A stretch of 64,000 bases of DNA from the human T2T-CHM13v2.0 reference genome, Homo sapiens, in the NCBI RefSeq assembly GCF_009914755.1, contig NC_060938.1; one strand, written 5' to 3'. A program made the position numbers and the translations under genes. Shown here piece by piece: positions 44,409 to 56,550 of the stretch (position 1 is its first letter; the number at the start of each line of letters is the position of its first letter). The notes under the pieces were generated by a model that was not told where the DNA came from, ran no database searches, and saw only the letters and a program-made list of their open reading frames with translations.

Positions 44409-44744
44409 ACAGGCACACCCAGGGACAGGCAGACCCACAGACAGGCACACTTAGGGACAGGCCAACCCACAGACAGGGGCACCCAGGGACAGTCAGACCA
44501 ACGAACAGGTGCACACAGGGGCGGGCCGACCCACAGGCAGGCGCACCCAGGGGCAGGCCGACCCACAGAGAGGTGCACCCAGGGAGAGGCAGGCCCACAG
44601 ACAGGCGCACCTAGAGACAAGCAGACCCACAGATAGGCGCACCCAGGGACAGGCGGGCCCACATACAGGCGCACCCAGAGACAGGCGGACCCCAGACAGG
44701 TGCACCCAGGGACAGGCAGACCCACAGACAGACGCACCCAGGGG
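44409..44744. repeat. 32-bp minisatellite, about 10.5 diverged copies
   Basis: Consensus acaggcgcacccagggacaggcagacccacag. Confidence 0.92.
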
Positions 44745-45722
44745 TGGGAGGCACATAGGGAGGGACAACCACAAGGCGGGGGCCAACCCTCCTGGGGAGA
44801 TGCGTGCACCCGCAGACCTGTGCCGAAAGACAGAAGGATGTGCACCTCAAGTCAGACAGCATGTGCCCACACACGCTTGCACACGCATACACTCAGAGGA
44901 TGCCCAGTCACACGGCCCCGTGCGGCTCCCAAGCCCCGGACAATCTGGGCAGGTTTGTATCGGGGAGAGATGTCGAAGGTGGAGGAGGACAGGGTAAGGT
45001 TTCTTGCCCTCCAGTCCACAAACCATCAGCCCTGGAGAGCGTTCTGCGTGCCTGCAAAAGGGCAGCAGGAAGAAATAATAGATGAGAACAACAAAGAGCC
45101 GTGAAGGCATCGAAACACCAGCTTCGAGGGAGCCGCTTGAGAGAGCAGCCCTCGGGAAGGCTCCCCCACCATGTCGCCTGTTGCTGGGGATGAAACCAAC
45201 TTGGGGTCAGATGGAGGGGGCTCCATGGGAGGGAGAGCCCAGGGAGAAGCAGGTCGGGGCAGGAGTCTCGGCCTGATACCCATTGGCCCTCCCTGGACAC
45301 CGCAGGCCGGGGACGCTGTGCAGACCACCCTGTAGGGGCGTCAGACACAGAGCAGCTTACGCGGAGGCCTCTCTCAGAATGGCCGCAGCAGGTCACACAG
45401 TTAGTGTCTCAAAGCCCTGCAGAGCTCTGAATGCAGGTTTGGGGACTGGAGATGACCTTCGAGGCTGGCCCCTGAGTGAGGGGAACAGCAGTGCTGGATT
45501 CAGGAAAATCTCCCCGGGAACCCAAGTGGGGAGCACAGACTCAAGAGGGAGCGACCAGAGCCCCGGCCGTCCATCCATGGTGGTGTGAGGGGAAAGGGAG
45601 GGGAACCAGATGGGGCCACATGGGCCATCTTGTGGGATAATATTTCAAAGACAAATCTCCATTGCTGACCGCAGCGTTTCTCAAAATTCAAGCACTGGAG
45701 GACCCCGGAGAACGGAGCTGCA

Positions 45723-45794
45723 GAACCGCCGGGTCTGTGCGAACCGCGGGGTCTGTGCGAACCGCGGGGTCTGTGAGAACCGCGGGGTCTGTGC
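45723..45794. repeat. 18-bp tandem repeat x4
   Basis: gaaccgcggggtctgtgc x4, near-perfect. Confidence 0.95.
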
Positions 45795-46915
45795 CGCCTG
45801 GTGGGGAGCGCTGAGCGCTGATTGGTGTTTGGGAGGATGTCTCTCAGCTAGGATTCAGCCTTGCAGAAGGGAAGTGTGATGTCTGGGCAAAGGATTCAGC
45901 ACAGGCGCTATCCCAAATATGCATTGCCTGTGGCCCAGTCTCCGCCCGAGGCGTCCTCAGAGAAACACAGTCAATCCGAGGAACAAGGTGACAAAGTAAC
46001 TCCCGTCTGCCGGTGTCCCTGGAGGAGCCCCCAGGGCTCTGGCTCCCAGCCCACCAATTCCTTCAAACAACTTCCTTTTCTTGCCAGGAATTTCACATTT
46101 CTCAACGCCTCTGGGGCCTCACAGCCCCCACCCCATCTCACTGGTTGCCCCCCAGCCCTCTGGGAGGCCAAGTCCTCGTGGCCTTAGATCTGGGTCTCTC
46201 TCCATCCTGACTTCCCTCCAGGAGAGGGGTCTCGGGGTCCAGGCCTCACCCACCGACGGTCCAGGCCACTCATTTCCTGGGCCTTCCTTGCTCTCTGCAG
46301 AAAGACACAGAGGGCCCAGCAACTGCGTTTCACTGTTTCTCTCTCTAAAAAATGAAAAATAAAAATAAAAAACTTAAAATTCATGGGGAACTTCAGGTAA
46401 ATAAAATAACCAGCGTCATTCTGGTGAATGTGTGTGGCGTCTGCCAGCGTGCTCACGTCAAGACGATGCCTCTATGGTGCAGACTCACGTCTGTGGAGCC
46501 CCAGGCTTCAGGGCCAGAGCCTGGGAAGCCTCCTAGGCTGACTCCCAAGGCCCCCTGTGCCCTGCAGCTCTGCCTTCTGCCCACTGGGAGTTCCCCAGGA
46601 CTGCCCAGCAGCTCACATTGGCCTCTGTGTGCAGTCTTCTCTGTCTAGAATGCTCCCTGCTCCCCAAAGCCCACTTGCCTGGCAAGCGCTTTCCACTGTC
46701 CGGCAGCCCTCCCTGGCCCTCCCCTGCCCTTGCCCAGAGACCTTGGCCCTGGTCTCCCTCTGGGCAGCTCCTCCCTTCCTTGCGTGCTCCTGGGTAGCTA
46801 TCCCCTCGCTCCTCCCCTAGGTGTAACATCTTCACGGCTGTCCGTCTCTAAACACGAGCCTCCAGACTACGGATACGTCTGGGTTCTCATCCCAGCTAAG
46901 CTATTATTACCTTCC

Positions 46916-47989
46916 TGTACAACAGGAAAGGTTCCCTTGTCCCTCTCGCAGGGCGTGCGATGGGGATGTGACTCGCTCCATCAGTGCCCTGCTGCCCAAA
47001 CCTCTAGGGGAGCACACAGAGGGCAGGTCATGGGGGTCCGACCCCATGGCCGCGTCTAGGGGTGAATGTTTACAGCTGAAACCCCAGTGGGTGTGTGTTA
47101 CAGGTACTCTCTTAGTTTGCCTTTGTTAACCAGCTCAATTAGACCCTCCACCTTGAGGCAAGGACAGAGGGCTTTGTGCATCCAGGGTTCTTGCCTTGGT
47201 GTACTGGAAGAATTGAATCACACCTGGGCTTGGAGAATAAGTGTAACGTTTTATTGAGTTTTATTAAGGTTTTATTGAGTTTTATTTATAGCTCTCAGCC
47301 CATGGGGGAGCCAGAAGGGAGACGGTTTTCCCCTGGAGTTGGGCTGCTGGCGGCCCCGGCTCTCCCCTGACTGCCCCAGCCAAACTCCGACTCGTCCCTC
47401 TGGTTCAAGGGCCTGCGGGTGTGCCGGGGCTTGTCGCTGTGCTCTCCCGCCGACGTGCCCCCTCCGCAGCCTCGCCCCCTCCGCAGCCTCGCCCCCCCCC
47501 CGCAGCCTCGCCCCCCCCGCAGCCTCGCCCCCCCCGCAGCCTCGCCCCCTCCGCAGCCTCGCCCCCCACCCCGCAGCCTCGCCCCCCCCGCAGCCTCGCC
47601 CCCCCCCGCAGCCTCGCCCCCCCCCGCAGCCTCGCCCCCTCCGCAGCCTCGCCCCCTCCGCAGCCTCGCCCCCTCCGCAGCCTCGCCCCCTCCGCAGCCT
47701 CTCCATGACCAGACCAGCCGCTTGGTGTCTCCTTCCGCGGCCGATGTGCTCTTCTCCTCCTCTGGCCCGCTAGTGTCTTGAGGGTTTGTATAGGCCCAGG
47801 ATGGAGGCGAGGCAGTCCAGGGTGGTCTTGGTAAATGCAGCATATGGGCAGGAAATGCCTGTCCTCATCTAGGTCCGTGGGGGTGGAGCCCCGGCCAGGG
47901 ATCCGCCTTTCTCTACCCAGCACTTCCCTTCCCTGCTTCCGTATCGTTTAAAGGGACCACGCTCTTCCCTTCCCAGCACTCCTGTATCA
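46916..47989 (-). mobile_element. ERV1 solo LTR (LTR27/LTR28/LTR1-group) with internal minisatellite
   Basis: Minus strand starts TGATACAGGAGTGCTGGGAAGGGAAGAG; TATA-like cctatacaaa at about 47785-47794; AATAAA at 47250-47286; ends ...gggacaagggaacctttcctg. Confidence 0.8.
47461..47701. repeat. C-rich 17-20-bp minisatellite, 14 copies
   Basis: ccgcagcctcgccccc(t/c) with variable C-run length. Confidence 0.95.
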
Positions 47990-48394
47990 TTTGTGCCTGC
48001 TTCCAAGTCTGTGAAATGGGGATAGAGGTGTGATTGTGGATAAGATGGGGTCACCCCAAGGAAGGGCTCAGCGAGGACAAGGGCACAGGGAGGGTGTGAG
48101 GACCTCATCCCATGCAGGGACTTGCAGGTGTGTGAGCCTTGGCCCTTTCTGAGGCTGAGCTGACCATCAGTGCCCTGTCTAGGGCACCATGCCTAGGCCT
48201 GGGCTGTGGTGGTGCCCACCCTAACCTGTGCAGGTGCCTCACCCTGCTGTCTCGAACAAGCTGGAAAGCTCCAGAACCACAGCCTGAGCATTGCACCCTA
48301 GGTGACCACTAGGTCCAAGGACCAGGCCAAGGGAGAGGACAGAGCTGCTGCAGGGCCACAGAGACCTGGTGTGAGGCTGGGTCATGGATGAGAT

Positions 48395-48518
48395 TTGGGC
48401 CCTCATCTATGAAGTGGGCCTCTGGAGCCACTGTGCTCAGTGTGGGAGGATTGAACAGGACCATGTATATAAACCTCCTATCAGGACTGGGCACATAGCA
48501 GGTGCTCAGGAAAGGCAC
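48395..48518 (+). mobile_element. MIR 3' part
   Basis: cctcatctatgaagtgg...gggaggattgaacagga...ctgggcacatagcaggtgctcagg. Confidence 0.7.
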
Positions 48519-50014
48519 GAGTACCTGCCTCACCCTGCAGGTGGGCACAGTGCCCAGCCAGGTTTACAAGGTTGTCTGCCTGTAGCTCACTCTCACCTTG
48601 CAGCCTCTGCCATTTGGATGCGTGCCCTCAGCTTTCACGGGGGGCAGTTACAAGAAGCAGTTTTATGAGACTCATCACCGCATTTGCTGTCCAGATGCTG
48701 TTGGGGACATTATCCATTTTTCATTTCAGGGCCACCTAGATGGAGCCTCATGAGAAAAGCATCTTTCAGAGCCAAAGCTAGAAAAAGCTTTGCACCTTCC
48801 AGAGCACTGAATGACTGCTGTCTTTGACAGAGCCTTTTCCTAACACTGGTGTGCAAAGACACTGCTCTGCTCAGCTCATGGGACGGTCTCCAGGATGATG
48901 ACAGTGGCCCCATACATTTTCCCCTGGGGTCTCACATATTCTCTGTGTGCCCTGATGGATAGAGAGTTGGGAAATCTTATTCTAAGGGATTGTGAAGACA
49001 ACTGAACTAATCTTATTTCCCTTTTCATTTTGGCTTCCAGGAATCTCAGAGACAAATTCAAAACTTCAGACAAATCCACTCTACAGGACCTATTGGCCTG
49101 TATATTTGTGTTTTACTTTTCTCTTTGCTGTTCAGTTCTTCTCATGTATATTTACTCTTACCTGGGACCTTTTGTGTGTTTGTGTTTCACTTAGTTTTGC
49201 TATATCGTGCCTGTAGGCTGAGGTGTTCCTTCATGAAGTGAGACAGAGTTTGAGTAAATGTTTACATGTGTCAAGCATGAAACAGACCCCAAACCCCACA
49301 CAGCCCACAAGTCCCAGGAGCCAACCCTATGCCTTCCCCTCCTCCTGTATTCCTCCTCCATGAGCCTCTGCATGTTCAGAACCTACCTTGGATGCCATGG
49401 CCTTTAGACAGCAAATCCTCCTAGCAAGAGCACACAGACCTACTCTCAGGGTCACACTTCTGATTCAGGATTTCAGAGTTCCAGGAGACACCTGGCCCTG
49501 GTCCTTCCTTCTAGGGAATGTCGAGGCCAAGAGGGTGGGTGGCAGGTCCCAGGTCACAGAGTGTGGTGGTGGCCTGGCCTTGAAGCTGGCTTTCCTCACT
49601 TTCACCCACACGGGTCACGCACCAGCTAATCCACCCCCAGCTTCCAAACAAGGCGATTGTCTCTGGGGTGGAAGATTCCATATAAACATGAGATTAATTT
49701 TGTATTATTATTGACTGAGTGTCAGTTGCCTTGGCTGGAGGTTTTGGGGTCAGGATGAAAACTGGATGCTTTTGCCCACCAAACCTTTCAACAATGTGGG
49801 AAACACCACCCCACAACCAGACCACCAGACCTCCCTGCGGAGCTGGCAAACACCGCCGCCAGGGCCAAGGGAAATGGCAAAGTCAGAGAGGCATGACTTG
49901 GTTTGTGAGGAGGAGAGGAAAAGGGCCTTTCAAAACAAAGCTTGGGACAGCCCATCGGGCCTCTTTCTCCTTGCCTAGCAGAATTCTTGGTGACATGTTG
50001 CCAGCGTTCAAGCA

Positions 50015-50250
50015 CAGTGCACACACATGAATGCCTGCATACACATGCCCACATACACATGCCCACACATGTGCCCCCCCACAGGCAGGTACGCACACAG
50101 TCACGCACACACAGACGTGAGCATATGCACTCGCACACACACACACGGTCACGTGCATACATCCGTACACACATTCTTGTAAGTGCACACACACACGCTC
50201 ACATGTAAGCACGCACACACACATGAACACACAAGTGCCCCCACACACAG
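50015..50250. repeat. Degenerate (CA)n tract
   Basis: cacacacatg/cacgcacac variants. Confidence 0.85.
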
Positions 50251-51044
50251 TGCTGTCTAGTGCTAGCCTCGGTTCCTTTCTGTGCCATCGCCCATGATTA
50301 ATGTGGATGCTTTCATGAATGTGTTTTCTCTCGGCGCCGGGCCTGTGCTTAGCCCGCGTAAAGCAGTGCTCTCAGGCCCAGGAGCTGGGGTCTGGTTAAA
50401 GCGGTGCCTCGCTGTCAAAAAATGTTGGCAGCTGGAGAGCAGAGTTTGCAAAGGCCAAGAGGAGACGTGTGGCAAAATGAGGGTGCACAGTGCACCCTGG
50501 GCCTCAGGGGCTTCCTGAAAACCTGCCCTTCCTCAGGCCCCAAGGGCCCACGGCACAGACCACTCCACCCCGCACCATTCCTCCCCACACTGCTCCTTCC
50601 CGCGCATTCTTGCTCCTGCCCCGGCGGGCTGTTTGCAAAAGGTGCTGGCAGGCGTTTCCCCAGGAAGGCCAGGGCCTCCTGCATGCGCCTCTGCGGCCCC
50701 CTCCACGTGCCAAGCCACCAGGCCTCCCGCCTCCCTAAGCCCACCCAGACGGGGGCTGAGTCTTGGTGAGCAAGATTGATGGCACAGGATCAGAGCCAAG
50801 GGGAGGCTCCTGCCAGCCGGAGGCCTGGGGAACTGAAAACATGGCCTCAACAGCATCTCGGGACCGAGGAGCTCAGAGGAGCATGGGGAATGAAAACCTC
50901 AGTTTTGGTTACTCTCTTAATAATCCAGGGCCCTCGGAGACGGTGGGGAAGATGAGGCCTCTTATGCTGATGGCAACGGGAATCCCTCAGGATTTCAATC
51001 CCCATTCTGGGGGAACTGTTGAAAGGGGCCCCTTGCCGGGTGTA

Positions 51045-51185
51045 TAAAGGGATCCTCACAGCAACCCCAAAGGTTGGGCCCCATTGTCCTCGTTTTACAG
51101 CAGAGGAGGAGTGGAGACTGGGGGATGGCGACTCCCCAAGGCCACACAGCGGAGGGTCGGAAGCAAGGCCCACCTTCCGCCCTCA
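51045..51185 (-). mobile_element. MIR SINE
   Basis: atcctcacagcaacccc...tgtcctcgttttacagcagaggagg...cccaaggccacacagc. Confidence 0.7.
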
Positions 51186-51413
51186 CCCACACAGACCCCA
51201 GCCTCAAATGCAAGCCCGTTAAGGCACACTCTGTATGTAGAAACTCTCACCGATTTTGTCTGTGCACAAAGCTAAACAAACGTCCCTAGAACAGGATATG
51301 GGATTGTGGCAGGCTTGTCTGGCAACTGGGAGAATTGGATTTAGCCAGAGAATTTCTTCCATGAAAAAAGGCTGTGGGCTGGAACCTGTTCACAGCAAGT
51401 GGTGAGGCCAGAC

Positions 51414-51534
51414 CACGGCCCACAGCCACAGCCCACAGCCCCATGGCCCCAGAGCCCCAGAGCCCCAGAGCCCCAGAGCCCCAGAGCCCCACGGCCCCAC
51501 GGCCCCACAGCCCCACGGCCCCACGGCCCCACCA
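51414..51534. repeat. 9-bp tandem repeat (CCCCAGAGC/CCCCACGGC), about 11 units
   Basis: ccccagagc x5 followed by ccccacggc-type units. Confidence 0.93.
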
Positions 51535-52555
51535 CACACCCTGCCTGCTGCAGATGTACCCTCTGCTGGGGCCTCCCACGTCCCCCTCTTTGAGGTGAGG
51601 GAGTCGGGTGGCCCTCCTTCACCGCACCAGCAGAAAACCCAACAAGGAAAGCGCAGCCAAGGGCTCTGCACCCACAGCCAAGGGCTGTATGTCCAGGGGG
51701 TAGGAGAGACGGTCCCCTGGGGGAGCAGAGTAGGGAGGTCTCGAGGAGCCATGACCTTTCAGGCAGACATGGCACTTAGGGGTGAGGAAATGCTTGTTTG
51801 CAGAGAGAGGAAGGGAGTGGGAGCTGGGGGCTGTGTTGTTTCCATATTCACAGAGCCAGATGAAAATAGGGTGGTCTAGAGTCGGTGGGGGAGGGACTTC
51901 AGGGCATCGGTTCTCATCGCCCACCCGACAGGGGTGGGCTCACCAAGGTCCCTGAGGGGAGCAGCTCCCCCTGCATTCGGACAGCTGTGAAAAGACACTC
52001 CTGACTTGGGTGTGACCCTGCGCGAGCCACTCCCTGTGCTGGGGGCCCAGGTTTCCCTTTGTAAGACAGAGGGAGGATGGCAGCTGCAAGAAGACAGCTA
52101 AGGACAATGGCGGAAGAGAGAGGGAAGCGGGGGAGCAGCGGGGGTGGGGGGCCTTTCTCAGACTCCAGCCTAGTGAGGAGTCCCTGCGCAGAAGAGGACA
52201 CGACCACCCAGTGCGATCACGCCGCACAGTGGGGCTGCGGGAGAGCAGAGAATCCCCCTCTAGGGTGGGCTCCTAAGGGACGCGGGGTCCAGCCTCGCAG
52301 AGGACACGGCCCAGCTGGGGTACAAGGTCAGAGGGAGGGCAGTGAGCCCAGGGACCCGGGGGTCTGCTTGGCAGCAGAAGGGGCTTCTGAGGAAGGCCCA
52401 GCCTGGCGGTGGGGACCTAACAGGGGCTCACCCTGCTTCAAGCAGCAGGGTCTGAGCCCAGCTCCCAGCTGGGCTGCTGGCAAGGGAGAAACAAATGGAA
52501 AATTCAAGGTCCCTGCATTCCAAGAGGGCATTTGGTGCCTCTGCCACCCTCCTGG

Positions 52556-52790
52556 GCCTGTGTGTGTGCCGTATGTGCAAAATAGGGTGCGTGTGTGTGG
52601 GAACATGTCTCTGTGGGTTGTGTGTGACTTATAAATGCGTGTGAGTGCACGTCTGTGTACGTGTGAGTATGACTGTCTCTGCGTGTACATGTACATGTGT
52701 TTGCGTGTGTGCACTTGAGTGTGGATGTTTATGAGCGTGTACGTGTGTTCATGTGTGTGCTTACGTGTGTGTGTGTGCGTGATTGTGTAT
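52556..52790. repeat. Degenerate (TG)n tract
   Basis: tgtgtgcgtg variants. Confidence 0.85.
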
Positions 52791-53864
52791 GGCCAGGGCT
52801 GTGATCACAGACATCAGGGAAAAGCTCAGTACCCAAGCAGGGCCTTGGTCCCCAAACCGCCTCAGGCAGGAGAGGCGGGGGTGCCTGCCAGGGCCCCTCA
52901 CCACCCTGGGCCGCTTCCTCCTGGGCAGGGCCCGCTGGGCAGGGAGCTCCAGTGGATCCCTGCCAGGTCTCCTGGCTCGCACTGCCCCCCAGTGGCCATC
53001 CTCAGTGCCCAAGGGCCTGGGGCTGGAGTGGACAGCGAACCACAGATAGGGCCCCGGAAGGACCAAGGCCATGGGCCCCCTCTGTGCAGGGGCTCTGTCC
53101 TCCAGCCCCCCTCCAAGAAAACAGCAGATTTTCTGACCTAAGACCTCCAGACCCACCAGGATGGTGCCTGTCCCTTCCAGGTGGGCCACCTCGCCCAGGC
53201 TTCTGGAGGGAAGAACCAGCCCCTTTTGACTAAACCAACTGCCAGGGATCTTAAAGAGGAAGGACCAGCCCATCCGATGCGCCCACCCGGAGATGCCTCC
53301 TGCCTGCCACCAGCTCCTGGTGGCCTCTGCCAGGTCACCCCTTGGTTCCAGACCTCAGCTGCAGCATCTGGGTTGGCAGGGCTGAGGACCCTCGCAATCA
53401 GACATCTCATGAGTTTTGGACTTTAAGACCTGATCAGCAGGGTCTGGGAGCTGCCCTGAATGTACCCTCAGAACCCCCTACAGAGGGGATCCTCAAAACT
53501 TCTGCAGGATTGAGCTGCGTGTCCTGCTGCTGGAGCCAGCCACCCGGGCTTTCCCGTTCTTGGGAGGAAAGGAAAGAGAAGAACGAGTCCTTTCTGGGCC
53601 AATGAGGACTCAGGCCGGGAAAGCGAGGGGCTGGGCCAATACCCATCCCCCTGTCCCTGCCAGACGCATTTTCAAGAGTCTCTATTTTGGTCAAGAGAGT
53701 GGGCCTGGGAGAGAAAAGTGCTTGTGAGCGGAAGTTACAGAGGTCCTCTCAGGGCCATGGTGATGGGTGGGGGGCCCTCAGGAGGTCGGGCAGGGCTGTC
53801 CTCCCACCACAGAATCCCCCCAAACGGCAGCCTCATAGCATTGTCAGAACTCGTCTTCCTTACA

Positions 53865-54037
53865 CAATTTCCGGATGAAATATCTGAAAAAAAAGAAAAA
53901 CAATGCCCAGTTACGTTGGAATGTCTGACAAAGATGCAACATTTGAGATACGCTTATATGAAGACGTTATTTATTGTTGGTCTGAAATTCCAATGTAACA
54001 GAGTGTTCTGTGTTTTTATTTGCTGAGCCTGACAACA
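53865..54037. mobile_element. MER53 non-autonomous hAT element (palindromic)
   Basis: atgcccagttacgttggaatgtctgacaaa...ttatttattgttggtctgaaattccaatgtaacagagtgttctgtgtttttatttgctgagcctgacaac matches the recalled MER53 arms. Confidence 0.75.
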
Positions 54038-55139
54038 ACAGCACTGTCTCTCCTCCAGGTTCCCGGTGGATTTTCTCTTTCCCAGGCACAGGGCTGTGCC
54101 TTGCTCCCCTGAGGGACGCCCATCTCAGGTGATGGGGTCTGTCCATCTCGGGCTGCCTCTGCCAGCTCCCCACTTCAGATGGACTCTAGCAGCTGGGCTT
54201 GCACAGCCCACTGCCCGGGGTCCCGCAGATGAAAACACCCCACTGGGGTTGTTAACTCAAAAGAATGTGCCTATCGGCTCAAAGTTCAGCTGCAGTCGCA
54301 TTCATGGCCTCCGTCTACTGGACGGCCTCCCAGGGTCCTGGCACACATGCCAGGCCCACCTTCCCTCATTCAGGTGCCTCTGAGGGCCCGTTACCAGCAG
54401 GGCAGGAGGAAGTTGTGGAGTGTGCCAGATCCTTGCCTGCCTCCATCGCTGATGGTGGACCTTATCTTCTGCCTTTGTCCTCAGGCCCTCCCAGGGTGCA
54501 TCCCAAAGGCATTGGTCTCAGCCCAGGCAGGTAAGCAGTGGATGTGTGACCTGTCACTGAATTCTGCAGCTCCTTCCCACTGCTGGTGGTAGGTGAGTGC
54601 CAGGCCCTGAGGACTTGATGCTGGTCTTGGGGGCTGCGGACTCAGCATGGGGTCCCCAAGAAGGGGTCCGAGGCCCCCTGTGATGGGCAGAGTCCATCCT
54701 TCTTAGAGTCTGAATTAAAACAGCCTCTCTGTTGTACAGAAACACTCGCTGCGGGGTTGGCTGAGCAGAACCTTTGCGTGGTCTCCCTCCCACCCACTCT
54801 GGCCCAGTGTGTCCTGCTCCCAAGACCTCATGGGTGCTGTGGCCTGCTCCAGATGCCCTCTCCACCGGCCAGCCCCATCCATGCCCATGGGCACACAGTG
54901 CCCAGTCTCACAAAGCAGCTGTCAGGTAAGGGGACTCCGCCTCCCCTGGCCTCCTTCCCAGGTGGTATCTGGAGGAGACACAAGTCCTAACTTCCACACT
55001 CCTCGGTTTCTTTTTAGGCAAACTTGGCTGATTTCAGAGCACTGGCCACCCCTGCCTGAACCCCTCAGCTCCGTGTCCCCAGGTCTCTGCCAGGCAGGAA
55101 CACATGTCCAACACCGCCGCCGCCTCCTGCAAGTGCTAA

Positions 55140-55469
<330 letters not shown>

Positions 55470-56314
55470 TGTCTCCACATTTTTTTTCACTGAGAAAGTC
55501 TGTTTTGAAATCTTTAAAACTAATGAATAAATTAATGATATGTTCCAGCTTCCAAAAGGACCAAGTTTCTAAATGGAGAAAATGGTGCCTTTGCAGCAAG
55601 AGCCAACCCCAAGGACCAAGTGCCCTAAAATGAATCTGCTGATGTTCAAAGGGCAGAAATGGGCTGGTCCTAAGGACCAGGCCACCCAGTGAAAGTGGGT
55701 CTCCAAGCGTGCCTCCTGCCACCCCGGTCTCAGAGGAGGCTGGCCACTCCTTCAAGGTGACCGTTCCTCAGAGGGTCTTGGTGCTCTCATCTGTAGAAAG
55801 AAACTGTCTCCAGCCCTCAGAAGTACTGTGAGGCAATGGGATGGGGGAGGCTACCAGGAGTCACTCAATTATCAAGCAAATGGGGTGGTCCCTGAAGAGG
55901 CAGAGAACTCCAGGTAGAGCCCAGAAGTCCCAGAAGAAGTCCAGGCACTTGCTGTGTGCTGATCAGGTGGGTGAGAGATGGGTCTCACGCTGGGCTCTGA
56001 CCTTTCTTCTTCCCAAACCACCCACGAGCTGTTGGAAGTTGGGGCTGTGTCTCTGTCATGCCTGTACTCCTCTGGTGCCTACTGGGTGCCCAGTGAGTGA
56101 TCAATGGATGCAAGAAGCAGCAAATACTGTTGGCTGCATCTGATATGTGGTTATCAAATATAAGGTTTCAAATGAACCTTTTAGGCCTAAGAGTCTTTTC
56201 TCAACAAATGATTCTTGAGGAGCTATTTTCACATTGTTCAAAAGGTTTATGTCTGCTCACCACTCAACAGGCAACGTCTGACATTTTAACTAACTGCTTC
56301 TTGTGGACTCATCC

Positions 56315-56550
56315 CTGGTGAGCACCCAGGTACCTACCACATAAACAGCTTGCAAGAGGTACTTGATGAATGAATGAATCCATCAATAAACAAAGGGGCT
56401 ACATTGTAACAGGTGGCCTGCCAGTATGTCTCTTTCCTTAGACTGTGAGTTCCAGGAGGGCAGGAAGATTTTCGCATTTATTTTTTATTCCCTGGAGCAG
56501 GCAGGAAGGTCCCCGCATATTTCTTGAATGAACAAAGGGATGAATGAAGA
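56315..56550 (+). mobile_element. L2 3'-end fragments
   Basis: ttagactgtgagttccaggagggcagg...atatttcttgaatgaac; (tgaa)n tails. Confidence 0.65.

Noticed and set aside
47272-47923. Gly/Arg/Pro-rich repetitive ORFs
   Set aside because: Translation of the minisatellite in all frames
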